From Malacoraja senta (Eukaryota), in contig CM075994.1 in NCBI GenBank assembly GCA_038087875.1, positions 7,690,001 through 7,754,000 of the forward strand: a stretch of 64,000 nucleotides of DNA. The letters are read 5' to 3'. Positions 49,001-60,324 of the stretch are shown here, one piece after another. The notes beneath the pieces are model-generated. The model did no database searches, was not told where the DNA came from, and worked only from the letters and a program-made list of their open reading frames with translations. The number at the start of each line of letters is the position of its first letter. Within the stretch, counting starts at the first letter, position 1. The position numbers were made by a program, and so were the translations under genes.

Positions 49001-49656
49001 TATTGCCCCCCCCCCCATTGGATGTTTCCATTTTAATTCTTTTTTATAATTTATAATAATGTTGGTAAGAAGTTAACATAATTACATTTCTAAGAGGAAA
49101 TTTTCAACTATTTACAGAATGCAAATGCTGCTTTGGTCCTGGTAGTTTTTGAGAGGGTGCTTTTGAGCCACCATCTCCAGCCACTGCAGTTTGGACAGTG
49201 AGTGTACTCGCACTGTGCTGTTGTGGAAGTAGCTGATGTATTTAGACCCAGTGTTAATATGTTTTTTTACAAATGAAGATGGTGTGGCTTGGAGAAAGCT
49301 TTGGGTGGTGTTCCTTACATGAACTTCCGCCTCGCCTGGAAGGGAGGATGTATAAGGACAAGTGTTCATCTTGTGCGGTTGCGTGGGAAAGATCTGGATC
49401 CTCCATTGACGTATTTATGAGGCTGAAAACAGACATAAAAGGCTGGAATAATGCAGCGAGTCAGACAGCATCTCTGGAGAAAAGGAATAGGTGACGTTTC
49501 AGTTTCTCATTGAAGACTCATGGTATTAATGGTTTAATAATGGTTTTCTTGCTGATATAAAAGTAGCTAAGAATGGAAAGGAACAAGTATATGTGGTTAA
49601 TATGTATTTTGAAATACTATTAACAGTAACTGTTTATCTTTCTTATTTTGTTACAG

Positions 49657-49699
49657 ATCAGTTGAACAGATTTGCAGGATTTGGCATTGGTCTTGCAAG
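49657..49699 (+). CDS. SLC25A46: SLC25A46 exon ([13 protein letters not shown])
   Basis: TTACAG acceptor, AG|GTACTG donor, 43 nt. Confidence 0.92.
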
Positions 49700-52600
49700 G
49701 TACTGTTTATGTTTCAAGTCTCTTATGGAATTCTGAGCTTACTGCTGAGAAAATTAGCATGTTGCATAAAATCAATAAGGATATTTGAAATAACTGAAAA
49801 TTATGTATTGATTACTGAACTGTGAAAGGAAAATTGATGCATTCAAATGTAAATGATTGGAAAGAAAAACTATTGTACAACAAAAGTGTACATTGTCAAA
49901 TGCATGATTCAGAGAGAAATAAAATAAATCCTTTATCTATTTTAATTATTTTATAGTACATTTAGAGATAAATCAATGATGTGCCAAATCTTGCTGGACT
50001 GGAATTGTTACTGACAGTCTCCCTAAATTCATTCTTGTCTGACTCCTTTTGATTCCCCAGAAAATACCATACTGTTGCATGGTTTGAACTGTGAAGCTTG
50101 TTAACGTATGGAGGAGTATCCTAAGTGTTTTGACAGCTTTCAAAGCCAGCAAGTTTAACTAAAGCATCAAAAATATATAAATTAAAAGTGAATGTTACTT
50201 TTTAATAACAGAATCATACAGCACGGAACCAGATCTTTCAGCCTAACTTGCCCATGCCAACCTAGCTGCCCCAGCCACACCAGTCCCACCCACCCGTGTC
50301 TGGTGCATATCCCTCTAATTCAAATGTCTTTTAAATTATGTTATAGTATCTGCCTCAACCACCTCCCATGGCAGCTCATTTCATGTACCCACCACCCTTT
50401 GTGGAAAAGGTTGCCGGTCAGATTTCTATTAACTCTTTCCCCTCACAAATCTATGTCCTCTGGTTCTTGATTCCCCTACTCTGTGTAAAGGGCTCTTTTC
50501 CCCCCCCCTCATAATCCTATACACCTCCATAAGATCACCTCTCATCCTCCGGTATGCCAAAGAATAAAGTCTTAGCCTGCTCAACCTTTACCTATAGCTC
50601 AGGCCTTCAAGACCTGGCAACTTAACAACCAATTTTTTATAGCAGGGTGACCTAAACCTGAACACAATACACTAAATGTGGTCTCACCAATTTCTTGTGC
50701 AACTGTAACATAGCATCCTGACCCTGACTGATGAAGGCTAATGTGTTGAAAGCCCTCTTGACTACCCTATCTACTTGTGACACCACTTTCAAAGAACCAT
50801 GTACCTGGACTCCTAGATCCCTCTGCTGTAAAGCACTCCCCTGACACTTGCCATTCGCTGTGAAGGTCCAGCCCTGCATTGACTTCCCAAAATGCAACAC
50901 CTTGCACTTATCTGCATTAAACTCCATTAACCATTTCTCAGCCCCCTTGCTCAACTGATCATGATCCTGCTGTTATCTTTGATAGCCATTTTGCAATCTA
51001 TAGTACCACCTACTTGAGCGTCATCTACAAACGTACTAATCCTGCCTTCCACATTCTCATCCAAATTATTGATATAAACCACAAACAACAATGGACCCAG
51101 CACTGATCCTGGGGCACACCACTAGTCACAGGCACCCTGTCTGCAAAACTACCTTCCACCATCACCCTCTGGTTCCTTCCACAAAGTCAATTTTTTATCC
51201 TGACAGTTAGCTCTCACTGGATCCTATGAGATCTAATATTCTAGTGCAGCCTACCATATGGAACCGTGTCAAATGCCTTGCTGAAATCCATAAAGACAAG
51301 GTCTACAGAGATGCCATCATCAATCTTTTTGGTTACATCTTCACAAAACTCAATCAGATTTGTTGGACATCACCCCCCACATACAAAACCATGCTAACTA
51401 TCCCTAATCAGCCCCTATCTATCTGAAGGCAGCTTATCTTATCCCTCGGTATACTCTCCAGTAACTTGCCTACCACAGATGTAGGCTCACTGGTCTATAG
51501 TTCCCAGGCTTTTCCTTGCTGCCCTTCCTAAATAGAGGCACAGCATTAGCCACCCTCCAGTCTTCCAGCACCTCACCTGTATTTAATGATGATTCATGTA
51601 TCTCAGTCAGGCCGCCTGCAGTTTCTTTTCTAGCTTCCCACTATGTATTCGGATATATTTGATCAGGCTGGGAGATTTTTCTACCTTCGTACACTTTAGG
51701 ACATTCAGCACCTCCTCGACTGTAATAATGACTGTCTTCAAGAACTTGTTTTCTTCTTTGTCTCACGAAACATGGTTCTGTGGTTCTGTAATTTCCTGTT
51801 GAAATCAAAGGATCTACTCTGTAATTTCTGCCACCTGCCCAAACCAGGATATCTTAGTAAAACCGTGAATGCAGAAATGAAAAAATATGATAATTTAGTC
51901 TTCCAAATCTGTCAATGTGACCAGGACTTTTCTTTTGTCTGTATAGAAGTCCTGATCTTCAGCAACAATCAATCTGTTGGAGGAATTTGGCAGGCCGAGC
52001 AGCATCTCCGTAGGAAAATGCACAGTTGGCATGTTGGGTCGGAACCCTTCACCTGGACCATCTATTTTTCTCCACTGATGCTGCTAACCCACCGAGTTGC
52101 ACTAGCAGATTGTTTGTTGCTCCTGATTCCAGCGTCTGTAATCTCACATGCCTCCAGTCCTGGTCTTCAGTTCAGAATCTCCTATTTCCAATGAGATTCA
52201 GGCTGATAAATTGGTACCTGCCTAAGGCGAGGAGATTTGTAGCTGAGTAAAATATTTTGTTTTTGCATTTTTATCTAATCCTACATTATCTTTTAAAGTC
52301 TCTTCACAGAAAATGTTTTGGCACATCCCTGTATTGTTTTTCGGCGGCAGTGTCAGGTATGATGTTTTGTAAGGTTGTCTTAATGTACTTGCAAAAACCT
52401 ATTGAAATGGAAAGCAGTAGAATGGGGCAGATCTTCCTCCCCATCCTCGGCACTCATACCAAGATTTACCAAAGTATCCCCAGTGAAATCTCCTTTTCCA
52501 GAGTGACAGATTCATTGGGTTCCTCATGGAGTTCAGCAGGACATTGCAATCTTCTGCTGGCCTGCCATCTGAGCCTGTGCTAGGTTAAATCAGGCATAAG

Positions 52601-55600
52601 CACAGCAGTCGCATTGGAGTGAATGAGTGAAATGGCTACTGAGTCAAAAGTAATAACTTTTTATCATTTGGTTAAGGTTCAGTGTTTTAAACTGTTGTTT
52701 GTTAAAAATTTTAATGTTTTCATACATTTTTGGTTGTGTCAAGTATTTCAGAATATTTGTGATCATTAGCATTCAGCCTAATTGCACTGATATCTTTGGC
52801 CGCTGAGTCTGAAGAGGGAAAACGTTCTGGCTGTCAGTGATATTGAGTGGTATATCAGCTTCCTTGTGATAGAAGGCTACAATGGGGCCTTACTGGGGGA
52901 AAAGAAACGGATGCTGTGGTCAAGAGTCTAGCAATTTATCTTTAATGCAACAAAAAAATTGTGTCAATGAAAACAGCTTTCACTTGCATGATGTCTTATG
53001 TGCAAGTAGCAACATGATAAAGACTAGGAAATCTGTTTTTGCAATATAAAATAAGTATTGACCAAGAGTCTTGCTCTTCAAATATCAATGGTATGGTCTT
53101 TCATCGCCATTTTGAGTGGTCAGACTAAGCATCTAATCTGAAATTAGAGTAACAAACTACTAATTTTAAATCAAGTGTCTGGAATAGAAGCCAGATTCTT
53201 TTTGCGTAGAGACAAAAGTTCATAGGTTGAGCTTTGGCTGATACCAAAGAATTACCATGTATTCATGTGTAAGAAGGGACTGCAGATGCTGGTTTAAACC
53301 GTGCATTCATGCAGGCCACGGTGTATCGAAGAGCAAAATTGTAAAAGTCAGTTACTTGATTGGTATATTTGTACTTTAAAATTGTTTATAACTACCATTT
53401 GGAGGGACATGTGAATGGTGTCTTCAATGGTCCGATAATAAAGAACACCACCGGATGTTGCTCTAAAACAAAAGTTATCTATTTCTGTTCTAGACTAGGG
53501 AAATGAGAAACGAGCCTAGCTTTCCTATAACTATTAGAATCTGAAACGTACAATTGAAACGCAAAGAAACTGCACATGTTAGATGAGAAATAAAAATCAG
53601 AAAATGGTGGAAATATTCATTAGGTCAGGCAGTATTTGGAGATAGTGACGCAACTTAATAACTATCCTTGCCATCCTTTGTTAGCCATGGATAAATCATC
53701 GTTCTCAGAGTCCTGAGGAAGGGTCTCAACCCGAAACGTTGCCTATTTCCTTCGCTCCATAGATGCTGCCTTACCAGCTGAGTTTCTCCAGCATTTTTGT
53801 CTACCTTTGATTTTCCAGCATCTGCAGTTCCTTCTTAAACAATTCTCAGTCCTTATTTCTTGTTGGAATATGTCTTTAGTTTAATTATTCCACTGAAAGT
53901 CACTGACCTCAGTAACTGTTTCTCTAAAATGCAGAGTTGCTGAGGTTTTCCAGAACTTGATATGCAATAAATGAATAACCTTTATTAATATGACCATATG
54001 AAATCTTTAACAAATTGCCAAGAAATGGCACGGTGGCGCAGCAGTAGTGTTGCTGCCTTACAGAGCTTGCAGTGCCGGAGACCCAGGTTCGATCCCGACT
54101 ACGGATGCTGTCTGTATGGAGTTTGTACTTTCTCCCCGTGACCTGCATTGGTTGTCTCTGAGATCTTCGGTTTCCTCCCACACTCCAAAGACTGTGGCTT
54201 GGTGTATGTGTAAATTGTCCCTAGAGGGTGTAGGATAGTGTTGATGTGTGGGGATCGCTGGTTGGCGCGGACTTGGTTGGCCGAAGGGCCTGTTTCCGCG
54301 CTGTATCTCTAAACTAAACTAAAGAAACATTTTAAAAACTTGCAGCTGTACATAAAATTATTAATATCAGGTTTGCAGTGTATGAAAAGTTTTTTTTGAA
54401 ATTTCTAACCTCTTCTATTTTCTATTTTAGGTCAATTATCATGCAAAAAATTATCATCTTACTCCTTTCACCGTTGTTAACATAATGTACAATTTCAGCA
54501 AAACACAGGTAGGCCTGTACAACTGTCTTATGCTAGTTAAAAACACAATTTTCCCCACATACTTGCTCCCACTCCAAAAAAAATTGCATTCCACTTTCCC
54601 TGTGTACATTCTCAAGCCATATGACAGGTATCTTCTGGTGCAAATAAGGTTCACTGGCGGAAGTTGTCTATAGGTCTCCAAAGAATAGTGCATTGAATAA
54701 CGGAGGCAGAAAAGAAAGATACTGCATTACTTTGTGGATGACTTTAATTTTCATATAGATTAAGGATGTCAAATTGGCAAAGATAAGCTTGAGAATTTTC
54801 AGGCTTTATTTGGACATTTTCTTTGAAAGTACTTGTGGACCAACCAAGGAATAGACTTATTTTAGAACTCGTGTGTGCAATGAGACAAGGTTTTAATTAC
54901 TGTTTCATGTGTGAGAGCGATTATTATATAATAGAATTATGTATACAACATTCGAGTGAGAATATAATACAACAGATATTAGTGCAGACTAGGAAAATAA
55001 ACTAAAAGGGGAGATGGAGGTTAGCTATTACAAACATGTAGTGAAATATTTCTTAATTCGCAACAAAGACAGTCCATTGAGGAATAATTACTTTCTTAAG
55101 GATTTGTCCATAGCTAACCAAGGGAGATGAGACTGATATCAAATTTAAAGAAAATACATGTAATGCTGTGGAGAATAGTGGTGGGCCTGAAGATTGAAAG
55201 TTTTAAAAATACACTGAAGATGTTTTTAAAAGAAAAATATGAAAATACTTTGAGAGTAACTTAGCAAGAAATACAAAAACAGCTTGTAATATCTTGTTCA
55301 AGTATATAAAAATGTAATGGCTGGTTAAAGTAAATATTTGGTCCCTTGGATCACCAGAGGATGACATGAAATAATAAGATTAGAGGAAATGGAAGAGAAT
55401 TTCAACAAATATTTCCTGTCTATCTTTAAAATAAAAGATACCATAAAACCAAGTATAATAGGCAATCCAGGAAGAAACTTAAAATAATCCCTATTTTATA
55501 GTTACAATTCAATCAAATGACTGATATCCTGAATTTGATGGCCTTAATGACTGGTGATAATGGATGTTATCTTGCAAAATTCCCCATATATTTGAAAACA

Positions 55601-58600
55601 AGAGATTAACATAAATGTAGGAAAGGAGATAGAAAGCTGGAAACTACAGACTGGATTTTTTTAAATATGTCAGTGCGCAAATAATGGAATTCATTCTTTT
55701 TCAAGTTGTAGAATGACATTCAAGTGGAATCAGCATATATTTAAGGAAGGGAATCCTATTTGACAAATGTATTGCTCTTTGAGGATGTAATAAGCACAGT
55801 TGATAAAGAGGACCAGTGGATGCCATTTAGATTTCCAGCAGGTATTTGGTTTGATATGAAAGTATGACATTAGAAGTACCGTAAATCTCCAATAATGCTG
55901 CGTCTAATTGTTCTTATGGTTAGGCATTTGGCACGATCAAAAATAACAATAATTAAATGAGTATATTTCAGCCCAGTCCAGTCAATCATTTTCTGCCATC
56001 AGTGCTATCAAAATAGCAGAAATTGTTGAGCAAAATTCAAAGTGCTGGTCAGGAAACATCTGTAGACGCAATGGGCAAACTTTTTCAGTTCGAAACACTT
56101 TTTCAGAAATCAGTGTTCATACGTTTGTAACTTACCCAAGCGGAATATGGGGTGCCAGTTTGTGTGCCAGTCTCACTCCGCAATGATGTAGGCCAAGGAC
56201 AGAAAGGTCAGTATGGGAACAAGAACAGGAGTTAATGGTTCGCAACTGGGAGCTCCAGCAGGCTTTGTCGAACACTTGCACTCTACCCATTGAAACAGTC
56301 ACCTAGTCTATGCTTGGTCATTCGTATTGGTCTTGGTATGTGCCAAAACATCGGGAGCAACAAAAAAGGAATGGACGGTTGGAAGAGGTGTATGTCGATC
56401 TGTGTCTCACCTAGAGAGGCTGTTGAGATCCTTGAGTGGATGTGAGGGGGGCGGTAGGGACAGGTGTTATATCTGCAGTTGCAGGGGAAAGTGCTTGGGA
56501 ATGAGGTGGGGAGAGGAATGAGGAGCCAAGTTGTGGAGAGAGTGATCTCTACAGAAAGGTGTGAGGGCAGGAAGATGCCACTGATAGTGGGGTCACGTTG
56601 AAGGTGGCAGAAATGTTGGAGAAGGATGTGTTGGATGCGAAGGCTAGTGGTATATTTAGTTTCAGAGTTGCAATTGGCATAGTCTAATTAAGAAACTGCA
56701 GTACAATTTATAGATTTCTCATAATGGAACCACTAGCTTTTCAATCAATACATTAAAAATAACCTACTTGAACTAATGTATTTATGAAAGCATTCTCCTG
56801 ATTTGCTCTTTATAAAGACTCCCTCAAAGTTCTGATTAGATCTTATGTCTCTTCTGCTGCAAGAACAAATCCAGTTCTACAGTCTCTCCCTGTGAATGAA
56901 TTCCCTCAATCCTTATTATTCTGCAAAATCTTCTAAGCTCTCTCCAGAGGGTTAATGTTTCTAAACTGCAGTAGTCCAGAATTGTATGAAATATCCTGCT
57001 ATTGTCTGCCATTAGGCCGCCTGGTATCCGATTACGGGTTCATCCTCAAGTCAAGTCAAGTCTTATTCGTCACCTGCACATAAAGTGCAAGTGAAATGAA
57101 TTTGCCAGCAGCGGTACAATAAAAAAAGAACACACAATACACAATAAAAATGTAACACAAACATCCACCACAGCATTCATCACTGTGGTGGAAGGCACGA
57201 AAATTGGCCAGTCCTCCCCCATTTCCCCCCGTGGTAGGGACCTCAACCCTCCGCAGTCGCCGCTGTGGCCGTCCAGATGTTCAGACGAGGTAAGTCCAGG
57301 TAAGTCCTGAATCATTGCCTCCCCACCGGACACCACGGCTTCAAGTTGGTGTAGGCCGCAGGCCGGCGGTCGAAGATCTAAAGTCCCCGCAGCAAGAAGC
57401 ACCGCAGACTGCAGGGCCGGCGGTCGGAGCTCCTCTCCAGGGATCCCTAGCGAGGGACCCCGCTCCGGATGGCAAGTCCCTGCCGCGCCTGCGGTAGAAG
57501 TTAGCCGCAGGCCAGCGGCCGGAGCTCTTCTCCGGGGTCCCCAACGAGGGATCCCAGGCTCCGGACGCAGCGCCAGCTGGAGCTCTGCAGACCGCCGCGG
57601 GCCAGTGAACAGAGCGCTCCCCTCCAGCGACCCCCGGTGAGGGCTCGCCCGCTCCGCGACGAACGCGTCCTCGCTGCGCCCGCAGCTGAAGCCCCGGGCA
57701 TGTCTCGGAAAGGCTGCACCGATCCTCGATGTTAGGCCATGGGGGAGGCAACATGGAAAAAGTCGCCTCTCCGTGGACTTTTCCCCCTTATCCCCCCACA
57801 CCACCCCCCACACAAGACACACACAGAGAGATTAAAAACACACATTAAGACACACTAAAAAAACAAAAAAAGTAGAAAAAACTAACACGCTGCCGGTTCA
57901 CATCGCCCCCACCGACCAATCCTCTTCCATTCATTGTATCCAAGGAAAATTAAAACGTTTTGGCCAGGTTAGTAACATGGGATACATCCCATCTGGACCA
58001 AGTGAATATGTTGTTTGTGGACTGCCACCTTTTAAGTTCTTTAGTTATTTTTAACTGTCCAAATATCAGTGGTATCAATCAGTGGTTTTACATGATTGGC
58101 CTATTTAAGGTTGATACAAAATACTTGGTACTTTATCTTCATGTCCATTTCCTCTGCAAGAATATATTTTATCTTTGTTTGTCCGACCCAAGCCTTTTCA
58201 CAAATGTGGTTTGAAAGGCAGCCTTAATGTTAGCTGCTGACATATTAATACTTTATATTTGCTCACCTTGCTCCATTTTTGAGGTCTCATAAGTGTTTTC
58301 TACTTTCTAGTTTCTATATTCAATTTGATTCTTAGATACATCAAGGCAAAGTGCTGCTTTGTTTTCTTACTGTTGGAGGAATCCAAGTATTTGAAAGCTG
58401 AATTTGCTGAGTTGCTTCAGCTTTTTGTGTCTATCTTCGGTTTGAACCAGCATCTGCAGTTCTTTCCTACATATTTCTTCCCCTCCACAGATGCTCTCTG
58501 ACTGCTGAGTTACTCCAACACTTTGTTTTGCTCAAGAGTACAATTTATCAAATCACGTCATATCAAGATTGCACCCAAAATCTATATCCATAACAAATCT

Positions 58601-60005
58601 CTGACTAATTAAGGGCACTTTCATTTCCTAGTCCAGGTTCAACATTTACGAGCTTACCTGGTTTAGATTTCCTGACTCCTTGAAAATCATTATCATTCTT
58701 GTATCTTTGGCAAATATATCTCTCAGTGCAAAACAAGAAGTTGGTAATTCTAAACAAAGTCATCATTCTAACAGGTCAATATTTGGCTGTGTAAATAAGA
58801 TCTTTCTCTCAGCAAGACTGATAATTAAATGTAAACACAAGAAACTGCAGATGCTGATTTACAAAAAAAACAAAGTGCTGAAGTAACTCAGAGGATCAGG
58901 CAGATCTCTGGAGGACATCGGAAGGTGACAATTTGGGTCAGGATCCTTCTTCAGATTTGTACTACTTCCTTTGCAACTGCTTGGTTCACTCATGCCTTCC
59001 CATCCAAACCACCCCATCCCAGGTGCTTTCCCCTGTATCCACAGGCGATGTAAAGGGCCTGTCCCACTTTCACGACCTAATTCACGACCTCTGCCGAGTT
59101 TGCCGTTGACTCGTACTCGCAGCATGGTCGTAGGTAGGTCGTGATGCTAGTCGTAGGTACTCGTGGCATCCAGTAGGTCGGGGCGTGATGAAAATTGTCC
59201 ACGAGTAAAAAAGGTCGTGAAAGTGGGACAGGTCCTTGACTCTTGTCCCTACATCACCTCCTCCACACCCATCCAAGGATCCCAGCTGACATCCCAGATG
59301 AGACAGAGGTTCACGTGCACTTCCCCTAACCTACTCTACTGAATTCCGTGTTCCTGATGTGGTGAGACCGGGCGAAGAATAGGCGACTATTTCGCCAAAC
59401 GCTTGTGTTCAGTCCCCTTTAGGCCTGCTGATACACCCGGTTCCGAACCATTTTAACCCCTCTTCCCATTCCCATTTAGAATTTGTTGTCCTAGGCTTCC
59501 ATTGCCAGAGTAAGGCCACATGCGAACTGGAGGAATCGCACCTCATATTCCACTTGAGTAGCTTACAAACAAACAGGACGATCATTGAATTCTCCAATTT
59601 TAGGCAACTAACCAACGCACACACTCTCCCTCCACTATTTTACCCCATCTCTTTCCTTTACCCCACCTGGATATGCACCCATTTCTCCAGCTTTTCTGCC
59701 CCACTGCCCTTTCCCTCTCGCCACTCCCCCTCATAGGAAATGTCAGACCATTTAAACCAGAATTTGTTTCTGTCTCCCCCCCCCCCCCCCCAACACACAT
59801 CTCCCATCAAATAATGGAAAGCCTTGGATGTCATTTTTAACAGTAAATTTCATGAAATTTGTGAAAATTGCATATTTGACTACATTCTATATTTTATTTT
59901 GCAGGGTTTAAAAGGATTATGGAAAGGGATGGGAAGTACGTTTATTGTTCAAGGAATAGCTTTGGGTACTGAAGGCGTCATCAGTGAATTCGCACGTCTT
60001 CCTAG
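49657..60005 (+). CDS. SLC25A46: Mitochondrial outer membrane carrier-family protein SLC25A46, partial (canonical exons 2-5)
   Basis: join(49657..49699,52299..52356,54431..54508,59905..60005) gives (D)[93 protein letters not shown]. This is highly similar to vertebrate SLC25A46. Downstream exons lie outside the window. Confidence 0.93.
50210..51720 (-). mobile_element. Older CR1 LINE fragment
   Basis: ORF 50652 reads [16 protein letters not shown]...RPHLVYCVQ. Degenerate RT continues to about 51700. Confidence 0.85.
52299..52356 (+). CDS. SLC25A46: SLC25A46 exon ([20 protein letters not shown])
   Basis: TAAAG acceptor, CAG|GTATGA donor, 58 nt. Contains the carrier-signature-like P-C-I-V-x-R-R-Q. 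Confidence 0.93.
54431..54508 (+). CDS. SLC25A46: SLC25A46 exon ([26 protein letters not shown])
   Basis: TTTTAG acceptor, CAG|GTAGGC donor, 78 nt. Confidence 0.93.
54690..55860 (+). mobile_element. Highly decayed CR1-like LINE (EN-RT linker/RT region)
   Basis: Remnant motifs (gatgactttaat, ggaaactacagact, tttgaggatgta...gataaagaggaccagtggatg) in AT-rich sequence. Confidence 0.5.
56110..56650 (-). mobile_element. Old Penelope-like fragment
   Basis: Degenerate reverse-complement similarity to the GIY-YIG region (ggccaaggacagaaaggtcagt). Confidence 0.55.
57047..57918 (-). mobile_element. GC-rich non-autonomous retroelement with (CAAGT)n tail; related to 17048-17400
   Basis: Simple-repeat tail plus TTATT, a shared CACTGTGRTGGAAGGCA block with about 17210, and a possible TSD ATCCTC. 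Family not identified. Confidence 0.5.
58995..59610 (+). mobile_element. Degenerate Penelope-like GIY-YIG fragment
   Basis: Homology to 40010-40405 (agacagaggttcacgtgcac...cacctcatattccacttg). Interrupted by a MITE. Confidence 0.7.
59054..59236. mobile_element. PIF/Harbinger-like MITE nested in a Penelope fragment
   Basis: AGGGCCTGTCCCACTTTCACGACC / GGTCGTGAAAGTGGGACAGGTCCT, flanked by TAA/TGA. Confidence 0.75.
59905..60005 (+). CDS. SLC25A46: SLC25A46 exon ([17 protein letters not shown]...LPR)
   Basis: TTTTGCAG acceptor, AG|GTAGGT donor, 101 nt. Matches the end of ORF 59824..60009. Confidence 0.93.
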
Positions 60006-60324
60006 GTAGGTCACAGCTGTGTGCTTCGTGAAAATTGCTTCCTTTTATATGGTCATTAATTATAACTGGATAATTATTATTTTTAAACATGATAAACAGT
60101 AGAAATCTATAAATAGGAAGTATGTGATTTGGATGTTTCTTCGAGTGTGGGGGGGGGGGGGGGTGAGGATTAAATTTACTTGCATATTTGGAGAGATTAT
60201 ACAAAATGTTTCTGAATTTAGCAGTATAGTGAAAACTGGGTCATTCAAATTGTAAGTGACAGGCAAAAACCATCTCCCAAGACGAGATTTTAATCGCCTC
60301 CTTTGATGTGGCGGTGAAAACAAG

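Noticed and set aside
51772..52194. ORF with a Cys/hydrophobic pattern superficially like ZP-C
   Set aside because: Wrong strand for the paralog, ZP cysteine spacing is absent, and it partly overlaps a decayed Penelope remnant.
57070..57822. 250-aa and 137-aa minus-strand ORFs
   Set aside because: They lie in a GC-rich repeat with low stop-codon frequency and show no recognisable domain.
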